Shown here: positions 26,709 to 34,370 of the stretch, one piece after another
How the letters are laid out: every line of letters begins with the position of its first letter
Position numbering within the stretch: position 1 is the first letter of the stretch
From: Candidatus Uhrbacteria bacterium
Lineage (GTDB): Bacteria > Patescibacteriota > Patescibacteriia > UBA9934 > GWF2-40-263
NCBI GenBank assembly: GCA_016235605.1
Contig: JACRJW010000023.1
Location: forward strand, 1-55,861
Direction: 5' to 3'
Length of the DNA: 55,861 nt
Translations under genes and position numbers: made by a program
The notes under the pieces: generated by a model
The model's input: only the letters and a program-made list of their open reading frames with translations
Database searches by the model: none
What the model was told of the DNA's origin: nothing

Positions 26709-27427
26709 ACGTCGCGCGAGAGCTCTTGTGACGATCCACTTGTTTGGGGCATCAGCAGCGCGAAAGAATCAATGAGGATTTTCGCTGATTGCTCAACGGC
26801 CTCTTGGGGAGTGAGTGTGCCATCTGTTTCAATCGTCATGATGAGTTTGTCGAAGTTGGTGATTTCACCCACGCGGGTATTTTCCACGCGGTACCCAACG
26901 TTGCGGATCGGGGAAAAAAGCGAGTCAATCGCAATCGTCCCAAGCTCCTGGACTTCGTTCACACGCTCTTCGGTTGGAGAGTAGCCACGGCCCTTTCGGA
27001 CGGTCAGTTCCATATCAAGGATGGCGGAATCTTCGGTGACAGTGGCAATCACCAAATCTGGATTCATGATTTCAATGTCGGCATTTGGCGCAATGTCAGC
27101 GGCGGTCACGATTTTTGCCCCCTTCACATGCAAAGACAACTTTACGGGCTCATCGGAAAAACATTTAAGCCGCAGGGCTTTCAAATTCAAAATAATTTCG
27201 AGGGCATCTTCCTTGATCCCTTTCACGGCCTGAAATTCGTGGTTCACGCCCTTCATTTTGACGGCCGTGACCGCCGCTCCCGGGAGAGAAGAAAGAAGCA
27301 CACGACGCAGGGCGTTGCCAAGCGTGGTTCCGTATCCATGGAAACAAGGCTCAACAACCAACACCCCTTCGTGAGGGCGGCTGCCGGCTTCGTACTGAAT
27401 ACGCGATGGAAGAAGGATGTTCTCCAT
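26705..27427 (-). CDS. rpoA: RNA polymerase alpha subunit, N-terminal domain only (no alpha-CTD)
   Basis: 240 aa with alpha-NTD motifs (GYGTTLGNALRRVLLSSLPG). The gene ends in an overlap with rplQ, leaving no room for a CTD. Confidence 0.88.
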   Translation of the reverse strand: MENILLPSRIQYEAGSRPHEGVLVVEPCFHGYGTTLGNALRRVLLSSLPGAAVTAVKMKGVNHEFQAVKGIKEDALEIILNLKALRLKCFSDEPVKLSLHVKGAKIVTAADIAPNADIEIMNPDLVIATVTEDSAILDMELTVRKGRGYSPTEERVNEVQELGTIAIDSLFSPIRNVGYRVENTRVGEITNFDKLIMTIETDGTLTPQEAVEQSAKILIDSFALLMPQTSGSSQELSRDV

Positions 27428-27445
27428 ACGAAAGATAAAAAATAA

Positions 27446-28060
27446 CTAACGAGAGTAAAATTCGACAATGAGTGTAGGAGCAAATCCCTGATCCAAATCT
27501 TCTCCTTCTGGCAGAGCCGTGACCTTCCCACTGAGCGCTTTGTCGTCACGCACCAACCACTTAGGCATGGTCGCGAGTTTCATGGTCTCTGGGATCATTT
27601 TCACGAGCGGCTTTTCCAGCTTGGTTTCCTTCACGGCGATCACGTCGCCAACACCGACCATGAAGGATGGAATATCGACGCTCTCACCATTCACAAGGAT
27701 GAATCCATGGCCCACCATCTGGCGCGCTTGGCGGCGTGTTTTTGCCCAACCGAGACGATACACGACGTTATCAAGCCGCATCTCAAGCATGCGGACGAGC
27801 ATTTCAGCGGTGTTGCCCTTGCTCCCAGAGGCTTTGACGAAGATGTTTCGAAACTGGCGCTCGAGGATCCCATAGAGCGCCTTGGCTTTTTGCTTCTCAC
27901 GAAGCTGCTCGCCATACGCCGACATGCGGGGCCGCATTTTTGCCTGCTTGGGCCCGTGGACGCCTGGCGGATACGCACGCCGACGCGCGAACTTTTCTTT
28001 CCCAAGGACCAAACCAAGCCGGCGGGAGCGTTTGACGATTGAGTCGGTATTTCTTGCCAT
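27446..28060 (-). CDS. rpsD: 30S ribosomal protein S4
   Basis: 204 aa with S4 N-terminal and S4-domain blocks. Confidence 0.95.
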   Translation of the reverse strand: MARNTDSIVKRSRRLGLVLGKEKFARRRAYPPGVHGPKQAKMRPRMSAYGEQLREKQKAKALYGILERQFRNIFVKASGSKGNTAEMLVRMLEMRLDNVVYRLGWAKTRRQARQMVGHGFILVNGESVDIPSFMVGVGDVIAVKETKLEKPLVKMIPETMKLATMPKWLVRDDKALSGKVTALPEGEDLDQGFAPTLIVEFYSR

Positions 28061-28166
28061 ACCCAGTAGGACAACGTTGATGAATAAACCTGATTATGTG
28101 TCAAAGAAAGACCAACCGTCTGTGCCGATGCTGCGTGAGGTCACTGTTGTCCTCACTGGGCATAGG
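28061..28166 (-). promoter_or_regulatory. Structured 106-nt rpsK-rpsD spacer (candidate S4 autoregulatory leader)
   Basis: Long-range pairing cccagtgaggacaac/gttgtcctactggg abuts the rpsD ATG. It competes with the local hairpin gtgagg-N10-cctcac. Other junctions in this operon are 0-20 nt. Confidence 0.4.
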
Positions 28167-28586
28167 CTAGACGCGACGTGGCTTAGGCGCACGGCAACCA
28201 TTGTGGGGAAGCGGGGTGATATCCTTGATCGAAAGCACTTGGAACCCATTGGCATTCAAGGCACGGATCGCGGAGTCGCGTCCGGTTCCAACACCCTTCA
28301 CGTACACATTCACCTCCCGCAAACCACTTTCTTTGACACGGTCGGTCGCCGTTTTCACGACCACGCTTGCCGCGTAAGGCGTTGATTTCTTTGGACCCTT
28401 AAATCCGCAGTTTCCCGCACTCGACCACGCAAGGGTATTGCCGTTCAAGTCCGTGAGCGTGACGATGGTGTTGTTGTACGTAGCCTGAATATACGCAGAT
28501 CCTTGTGAGACCTGAGGCATGGCTTTTTTCTTTTTTGCCCGCGCGAGCGGAGCATCGGCAACAAGAGGTTTCACGTCAGTAGTCAT
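28167..28586 (-). CDS. rpsK: 30S ribosomal protein S11
   Basis: 139 aa with a canonical S11 core. Confidence 0.95.
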   Translation of the reverse strand: MTTDVKPLVADAPLARAKKKKAMPQVSQGSAYIQATYNNTIVTLTDLNGNTLAWSSAGNCGFKGPKKSTPYAASVVVKTATDRVKESGLREVNVYVKGVGTGRDSAIRALNANGFQVLSIKDITPLPHNGCRAPKPRRV

Positions 28587-28592
28587 ACGTCT

Positions 28593-28979
28593 TTAGGTCT
28601 TTGTAAGCGCACGTCTACCGCTTCCCATCGTCTTGCGCATATTGCCTCGCACCGTCCGAGAGTTCGTCTTCGTCCGTTGGCCGCGTACCGGGAGATGTTT
28701 CGTGTGCCGAGCTCCGCGATACGAACCGATCTCTTTTAACCGTTTGATGCTTGCCAGCCGATCCCGTCGCAAGTCCCCTTCCAGTCGGCGGCCTTTTTCG
28801 ATCAGCGTCCGGATGGTGTTCACCTGATCGTCCGTTAAATCCTTCACACGGATATCTTCACTCACACCCGCTTCCTTCAGGACGCGTACCGCGGTGGGTT
28901 TGCCAATACCGTAAACATACGTCAGGGCAATCACGACGCGTTTTTGAGTTGGGATAGTAATGCCTGCAATGCGTGCCAT
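28593..28979 (-). CDS. rpsM: 30S ribosomal protein S13
   Basis: 128 aa starting [10 protein letters not shown]... Confidence 0.95.
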   Translation of the reverse strand: MARIAGITIPTQKRVVIALTYVYGIGKPTAVRVLKEAGVSEDIRVKDLTDDQVNTIRTLIEKGRRLEGDLRRDRLASIKRLKEIGSYRGARHTKHLPVRGQRTKTNSRTVRGNMRKTMGSGRRALTKT

Positions 28980-28981
28980 AA

Positions 28982-29095
28982 TTATCCTTGCCGTTGTTTA
29001 TGTCGTGGATTCCTGCAAGCCACAACCACACGTCCGTGGCGTCGACTGACTTTGCACTCACGACAAATTTTTTTGGCTGAAGATCTGACTTTCAT
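28982..29095 (-). CDS. rpmJ: 50S ribosomal protein L36
   Basis: A 37-aa ORF not in the ORF track: [37 protein letters not shown]. Found by translating the rpsM-infA gap. Confidence 0.9.
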   Translation of the reverse strand: MKVRSSAKKICRECKVSRRHGRVVVACRNPRHKQRQG

Positions 29096-29105
29096 AGTGA
29101 GAACG

Positions 29106-29139
29106 ATAGAATGGACGAGACTGGCCTCGTCCATTCTAT
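29106..29139 (-). other. Perfect 14-bp stem-loop between infA and rpmJ
   Basis: atagaatggacgag / ctcgtccattctat with a 6-nt loop. It starts 1 nt after the infA stop and has no U-run. Confidence 0.7.
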
Positions 29140-29361
29140 TCAAAAACGATACACCACACGTCCCTTGGTCAAATCGTACGGACTGATCTCGACTTTGACC
29201 TCGTCGCCAGGAAGAAGACGGATCCGAAACTTTCGCATCTTCCCCGAGAGATGGCCGGTGATCGTTTGATCATTTTCGAGCTTAATTTTGAAGGTGGCGG
29301 ACGGAAGAAGCTCCTCAACCGTGCCCCGCATCTCAATGAAATCTTTTGTCCCCTTGTCCAT
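29140..29361 (-). CDS. infA: Translation initiation factor IF-1
   Basis: Internal start [20 protein letters not shown]... gives a 73-aa S1-like OB protein of canonical IF-1 length. Confidence 0.92.
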   Translation of the reverse strand: MDKGTKDFIEMRGTVEELLPSATFKIKLENDQTITGHLSGKMRKFRIRLLPGDEVKVEISPYDLTKGRVVYRF

Positions 29362-29434
29362 AATGAAATAGCGCCCAAATACTAGCATTGGCCGTTCCAA
29401 ATGGCAAGGAAACGCAGAGTTTTAAGGCGCCGGT

Positions 29435-29463
29435 ATTGTACTGATCGCCTCCTTGCGTGTCAA
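29435..29463 (-). promoter_or_regulatory. Near-consensus sigma70 promoter for the infA-rpmJ-rpsM-rpsK-rpsD-rpoA-rplQ-rplM-rpsI operon
   Basis: Minus-strand TTGACA (29463-29458), a 17-nt spacer, then TACAAT (29440-29435). Confidence 0.7.
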
Positions 29464-29474
29464 GAAATGCACTT

Positions 29475-29600
29475 AGACCGTTGCAAAACTCGCGATCTTG
29501 CGACTTGCGGGCCCCGCCACCTCCTCAACGTAATTTCCACTACGTCTCGGAGGCTGGCTTCCCCGCGCATCGCAATCTCATCGAGTTTTGTAACGGTCTC
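29475..29600 (-). repeat. Rod-like structured element, family 1, copy D (126 nt)
   Basis: Read on the minus strand it aligns with 35310-35440 read on the plus strand. Both share the same five-helix rod, with conserved loops and compensatory stem changes. It abuts the alaS stop codon. Confidence 0.85.
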
Positions 29601-31538
29601 TTAGTCTAAAACCGCCTTTATCCGTCGAACTCCGCTTGCCACGGCTTCTTCTTTTTGGATCTTAAACCTCCCCAACTCTCCTGTTTTTTCCACATGCGGT
29701 CCCCCACAGACTTCGCGGCTAAACGACTCGACTGAGACGTCACCGCCGATGAAATAGACTTTGATCTTTCCTCCGAGTTGCGCATACTTGTCTTCAAATA
29801 ATCCAATCGCCCCGCGCCGCTTCGCTTCGTCCAAATCCAGGATCTCAAAATGCACAGGCAAATCTTTTTTGATCTGTTCGTTCACGATGGCCTCCACGCG
29901 TTGTTTTTCGTCATCAGTCATTTTTTGCGGATGGGAAAAATCAAACCGCAGACGTTCAGGGGTGATATTGGATCCTTTCTGCTGTACGTGAGATCCCAGG
30001 ACACTCCGCAGAGCCTGATGCAACAAGTGCGTGGCGGTGTGGAGTCGCACAACTTTATCAGAATGATCCGCAAGGCCTCCCGCAAATTTCTGTCCTGACC
30101 CCGAGCGTGAAAGGTCTTGATGCTTGCTAAACTCCGATTGAAACACTGCGCGATCGATTTTCTGACCATGCTCCCGAGCCAACTCCTCGGTCAACTCCCA
30201 AGGGAAACCGTAAGACTGGTAGAGATTAAACGCGTCGACTCCAGAGACGGCACTGGATCTTGTAAAGAGTTTCTCAAATTCTTTCAGCCCTTTCCCCAAC
30301 GACGCCTTGAATTTCGTTTCTTCTTTTGTGAGTTCCTCGATGATCGTCTTTTCCTTTTCTGCAAGCTCGGGATAGGCGGCTGTATACTCACGCACATACG
30401 CCTGTGCCACAGCTCCACAAAATGCTCCTTGAACGCCAATCGTGTTTGCAAATCGCACAGCGCGTCGAATAAGACGGCGCACATAGTAACCCTGATCCTT
30501 GTTTGAGGGAAACACGCCGTCGGCGACCAAAAAAGTCGCGGCACGCAAATGGTCCAAGATAACGCGGAAGGCATAGGACCTATGAGCCTCGCCCGTGGGC
30601 CGGCTCGCCCGTTGGGCTATGCCCAAAGAGGCATGGCCGAGGGACGAATAGGTCGTATTGGACTTCTGCTCGATCACTTCTCGCGCGAGGTGAAAGACAT
30701 CAATCAAGAACATGTCCGGATCGTCCAGGACCGCGGAGGCGAGACGTTCAAGCCCTCCGCCGAAATCGACGTTTGCCTTTGGAAGCAACTCGAACCCTGT
30801 TGCGGTTTTCTTGTACTGCATGAACACGTTGTTTCCAATTTCAGCAAACCGTCCACAATCACAATTTACGTGACAGACGTCTTTTGCAAAAGCCGATTTC
30901 TCATGAAGCCCACGCTCAATTCCAAAATCCCAAAACATTTCCGAGTCTGGTCCACCCGGCTCCCCAACGGGCATCTTTTCTGGGGAGCCTGAACGTGACC
31001 ACCAATTCTTCTTTTCGTCATAGTAAAAGATGCGACCGCCTTGCATGCCATCGCGCTTTGAAAAATCCACGTCCTTTGCGGAAACTCCGACAGAGGCAAA
31101 TGCGTCCTTCCAGTACCCGACCGTTTCTTCATCGCGTGGAACCTGCGCGTTGCCACGAAACACGGTCACATACAGGCGATAGGGATCGAGCCTAAGTTCA
31201 TGCGTGAGAAATTCAAACATCCACGCGACCTGTTCCTTCTTGAAATAGTCTCCCAGTGACCAGTTTCCAAGCATCTCAAAAAATGTCGTGTGCCGATTAT
31301 CGCCAACTTCGTCGATGTCTTGTGATCGAAAGCATTTTTGTGCGTCGACAATCCTCGTGCCTTTGGGATGCGTTTCTCCCAAAAGATATGGCACCATCGG
31401 TTGCATGCCAGACCCTGTAAAGAGCGTCGTCGGATCATTTTCAGGCAAGAGCGAGGCGGAAGGGACGAGCTTGTGGCCGCGGAAAACAAAAAAATCAAGG
31501 TATTTCTGTCGAATCTCGTGAGTGGTCATAATGGTCAC
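29601..31538 (-). CDS. alaS: Alanyl-tRNA synthetase, short form lacking the C-Ala domain
   Basis: 645 aa with the class II catalytic core plus editing-domain motifs HTATHLLHQAL and CGGPHV. It ends soon after the editing domain. Confidence 0.88.
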   Translation of the reverse strand: MTIMTTHEIRQKYLDFFVFRGHKLVPSASLLPENDPTTLFTGSGMQPMVPYLLGETHPKGTRIVDAQKCFRSQDIDEVGDNRHTTFFEMLGNWSLGDYFKKEQVAWMFEFLTHELRLDPYRLYVTVFRGNAQVPRDEETVGYWKDAFASVGVSAKDVDFSKRDGMQGGRIFYYDEKKNWWSRSGSPEKMPVGEPGGPDSEMFWDFGIERGLHEKSAFAKDVCHVNCDCGRFAEIGNNVFMQYKKTATGFELLPKANVDFGGGLERLASAVLDDPDMFLIDVFHLAREVIEQKSNTTYSSLGHASLGIAQRASRPTGEAHRSYAFRVILDHLRAATFLVADGVFPSNKDQGYYVRRLIRRAVRFANTIGVQGAFCGAVAQAYVREYTAAYPELAEKEKTIIEELTKEETKFKASLGKGLKEFEKLFTRSSAVSGVDAFNLYQSYGFPWELTEELAREHGQKIDRAVFQSEFSKHQDLSRSGSGQKFAGGLADHSDKVVRLHTATHLLHQALRSVLGSHVQQKGSNITPERLRFDFSHPQKMTDDEKQRVEAIVNEQIKKDLPVHFEILDLDEAKRRGAIGLFEDKYAQLGGKIKVYFIGGDVSVESFSREVCGGPHVEKTGELGRFKIQKEEAVASGVRRIKAVLD

Positions 31539-31565
31539 ATTCTACAAAATCCACGGGGAAACCGT

Positions 31566-33179
31566 CTAGCTTGGGTTCGTCGTGGCGGCTTCAGATGGTT
31601 GGGCGCGCCGCAGGATATTGCGTTTGAGGGAAGCAAAAAATTGCTTCTGCTCTTCGAGCTGAAAAATTTTTCCCACAACGAGGTAGGCAACCAATCCAAG
31701 CCCGCCAGCAATGAGTCCTTGCGAGAGCACGCCAAAAAAAGAATCCAAAGAAATGAGCGAGACCACCACAGGTTTCGCGCCCTGCGCCACGACCGCACAG
31801 GCCAAAGAAGCGGCGATGATCTTGTAGGCAAAGCGGACGAGATCAGATTCATGGAAGGACCCGAGCCTCTGTCGCAGGAGGAACCACAAAAGACTCATGT
31901 GGACAAGGGCAGAGATGGAGTATCCAATCCCCAAGGCGATCACGCCAAGCTCTGGAGCCAGGAGCATGGCGGTGAGCACGCCGACGAGCGCGGCAACGGC
32001 TCCTGTTAACAGTGGAGTGGTCGTGTCCCTCAGGGCAAAATAGCTTCGTGCAAACAAGTAAATGAGCGACTGGGGAATAAACGTCAGCGCAAAAAAGGCG
32101 AGCGTGTCGGCGGTCGCTATGGTCGCCGCCCAGTCAAACTCCCCGGCTCCAACGACCACACGGACGACTTGGGCGCGCAGGATCAGGAACAAAATGGTCA
32201 TGGGAGCAAGCAGGTAGACCATCTGTCGCGTGGTTGAAAGCAGGACACCCATAAACGCCGCCGGTTCTTTTTCTTCTATTTTTTCCGAAAGCGCGGGGAA
32301 CGCCGCGATCGCAAAGGCGACCCCAATGATGCCAACGGGGAAAAATTGGATGTTGTAAGCAAATTGGAAAACGGTCAGGTTTCCGGGAGAGAGCGTAGTG
32401 GCCAGGGCTCCAAGCACGACAAACAAAAGCTGGCTCACGGCAAGACCAAGGGTACGGGGGACCATCATCGCAAGCATGGAACGCGTGTCGCGGTCAAACA
32501 GGTTGAACCGCCAGGCATACCGATACCCACAGCCACGCAGCCCAAGGAGTTGGATGAGCAGATGCAGGCCCGCGCCAAACACTACTCCCCACGCCAGTCC
32601 GATGGTTCCAAACACTCCGACAAACCAGATAGCTCCGACGATGAGACCGACATTATAAAAAATCGGCGCGAGCGAATAAAAGAAAAACCGTTTAAGGCTT
32701 TGCAGGACAGACCCGTACACGAGCGAGATCGCCAGCAGGATCTGAGACAGGAACATGACGCGCATGGACACAGCGACTTGGTCCTGTTTGTACGCGGCAA
32801 ATCCAGGGGCAATAAGGGACGCGAGTGGATGGGCAAACAAGGCAAGCACGATCGAAACGGCGATCATGGCAACGGCGATCAGATGCACGGCATTATTCGT
32901 AAACTGCCAGGCTTTCGCCCGTGCCTCCGGATGCGTCCAATGCGAAAGAAACAGCGGAATGAAACTCGCTGAAAGGGCGCCAACCACGATGAGCGTAAAC
33001 AACACATCGGGAATTTTGAACGCCGCGTAGTAGATGTCCAACGTGTCGCCAGCTCCAAACGCCCCGGCAAGGATACGGTCTCGGATCAGTCCCACCAAAC
33101 GGCTCACAAACGAAAGCACACCAACGAGGGTTGCGGCGCCGATGATGGTTTTCGATTCTCGGTTCAGGAATGTCAGCAT
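31566..33179 (-). CDS. murJ: Lipid II flippase MurJ/MviN
   Basis: 537 aa, about 14 TM helices, with an MviN-like N-terminus (SRLVGLIRDRILAGAFGAG). Confidence 0.85.
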   Translation of the reverse strand: MLTFLNRESKTIIGAATLVGVLSFVSRLVGLIRDRILAGAFGAGDTLDIYYAAFKIPDVLFTLIVVGALSASFIPLFLSHWTHPEARAKAWQFTNNAVHLIAVAMIAVSIVLALFAHPLASLIAPGFAAYKQDQVAVSMRVMFLSQILLAISLVYGSVLQSLKRFFFYSLAPIFYNVGLIVGAIWFVGVFGTIGLAWGVVFGAGLHLLIQLLGLRGCGYRYAWRFNLFDRDTRSMLAMMVPRTLGLAVSQLLFVVLGALATTLSPGNLTVFQFAYNIQFFPVGIIGVAFAIAAFPALSEKIEEKEPAAFMGVLLSTTRQMVYLLAPMTILFLILRAQVVRVVVGAGEFDWAATIATADTLAFFALTFIPQSLIYLFARSYFALRDTTTPLLTGAVAALVGVLTAMLLAPELGVIALGIGYSISALVHMSLLWFLLRQRLGSFHESDLVRFAYKIIAASLACAVVAQGAKPVVVSLISLDSFFGVLSQGLIAGGLGLVAYLVVGKIFQLEEQKQFFASLKRNILRRAQPSEAATTNPS

Positions 33180-33197
33180 GTCATTTTTGTTCCGGTG

Positions 33198-34370
33198 TTA
33201 GGACGGCCGCATAGGCATTCGTCGCTTGAAGAAGCCTGATCCTAAAGTAGCCAAAGCGATCAAAAGCAGAAGCGACAAAAAAACCACGGCCACCAAGACA
33301 ACGGGATTCTGTAGGCTGAAGAATGGGACACGGACGATCGTCTGTTCGCTCACGGTTTCCCCTGCCGCGTCCTTGAGCGTGAGTGTGGCTGTGTAGGTAC
33401 CGGAAGCGCCGTACGTATGCACCACAACAGACTTGGACGAGGTGACGCCGTCGCCAAAATCCCAGAAAAGGATGCGATCGTCATCAACGGAACCGACCTC
33501 CATAAACGTAAAGGTGTTCCACGCGTCTCGTGTATAGCGAAAAATCGCATTCGGGGAAACGGTCATCTCTGCCGTCTCAAGGCCCTCTTCTGGAGCCGAT
33601 GTTGTCGCTTGCGATCCTTCAACCTCATCAGGCTCATCTGTTGAGGACTCTTGGATCGTTTGCGCGACCTGGGAGATGAGTTCTTTGAAGGTCACACTCG
33701 CGCCCTCCTCTTGTTTCTGCTCTTGTCCCTGCTCCGCTTCCTCTTGTTCGCTCACGCGTTCAGGATCTGTCGGAAACGCATCGCTTTGGTCTTCCACACC
33801 GTCGCCATCGGTATCTGTCATGAGCGAGTTGGTCCCAATCTCTGTTTCAATTTCATCGGAAAGTCCATCGTTATCGTCATCTGTGTCACACAGGTCTCCA
33901 AGCCCATCACCGTCTGAATCCGCTTGCGACGCATCGGCGATCGTTGGACAATCATCGTCTCCATTGGCCACTCCATCGCGATCATCATCGAGGATAGGCT
34001 GGTACAGGGAGGTGATGGCGACATTATTGCTTTCGTCTTCGTCGGTAGGATCTGTCCCTTCTACCTGGGCTTGGATATTGAACGAACTCGACGGGACGAT
34101 AAAATCGATGTAGACCTCTTCCGCGCTTCCATTGGCAAGGACGGAAATGACTTGCGAGGCGCCGACGAGATTCGATCCCTGATAAAATGTGACGTATCCA
34201 GAAACGTCTTCATCACCGATGTTATGCACCGATGCATACAACCGGACTTGATCACCTGCGACGATCGTCTCGCGCGATAAACGGATGTCGTTTTGTTCGA
34301 TTTTCAAATCAGCCTTTGCGAAAGCGATCGAAGGCAACAGGAGCGCAATAAAAATGACCAATACTTTCAT
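33198..34370 (-). CDS. Cell-surface protein with an Asp-rich calcium-binding repeat region and a PKD-like domain
   Basis: Start set at MKVLVIFIALLLPSIAFA (ATGA overlap with corA). Thrombospondin-type-3-like DxDxDG repeats, a PKD-like block (WDFGDGVTS...YTATLTLKD) and a C-terminal TM anchor. Confidence 0.7.
   Translation of the reverse strand: MKVLVIFIALLLPSIAFAKADLKIEQNDIRLSRETIVAGDQVRLYASVHNIGDEDVSGYVTFYQGSNLVGASQVISVLANGSAEEVYIDFIVPSSSFNIQAQVEGTDPTDEDESNNVAITSLYQPILDDDRDGVANGDDDCPTIADASQADSDGDGLGDLCDTDDDNDGLSDEIETEIGTNSLMTDTDGDGVEDQSDAFPTDPERVSEQEEAEQGQEQKQEEGASVTFKELISQVAQTIQESSTDEPDEVEGSQATTSAPEEGLETAEMTVSPNAIFRYTRDAWNTFTFMEVGSVDDDRILFWDFGDGVTSSKSVVVHTYGASGTYTATLTLKDAAGETVSEQTIVRVPFFSLQNPVVLVAVVFLSLLLLIALATLGSGFFKRRMPMRPS

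Noticed and set aside
29475-29600. The rod-like elements could in principle be 6S RNA or SRP RNA.
   Set aside because: There is no large central bubble as in 6S. There is no conserved SRP domain IV sequence (GGAA/AGCA-type loops). The presence of two diverged copies also argues against a single-copy housekeeping RNA.
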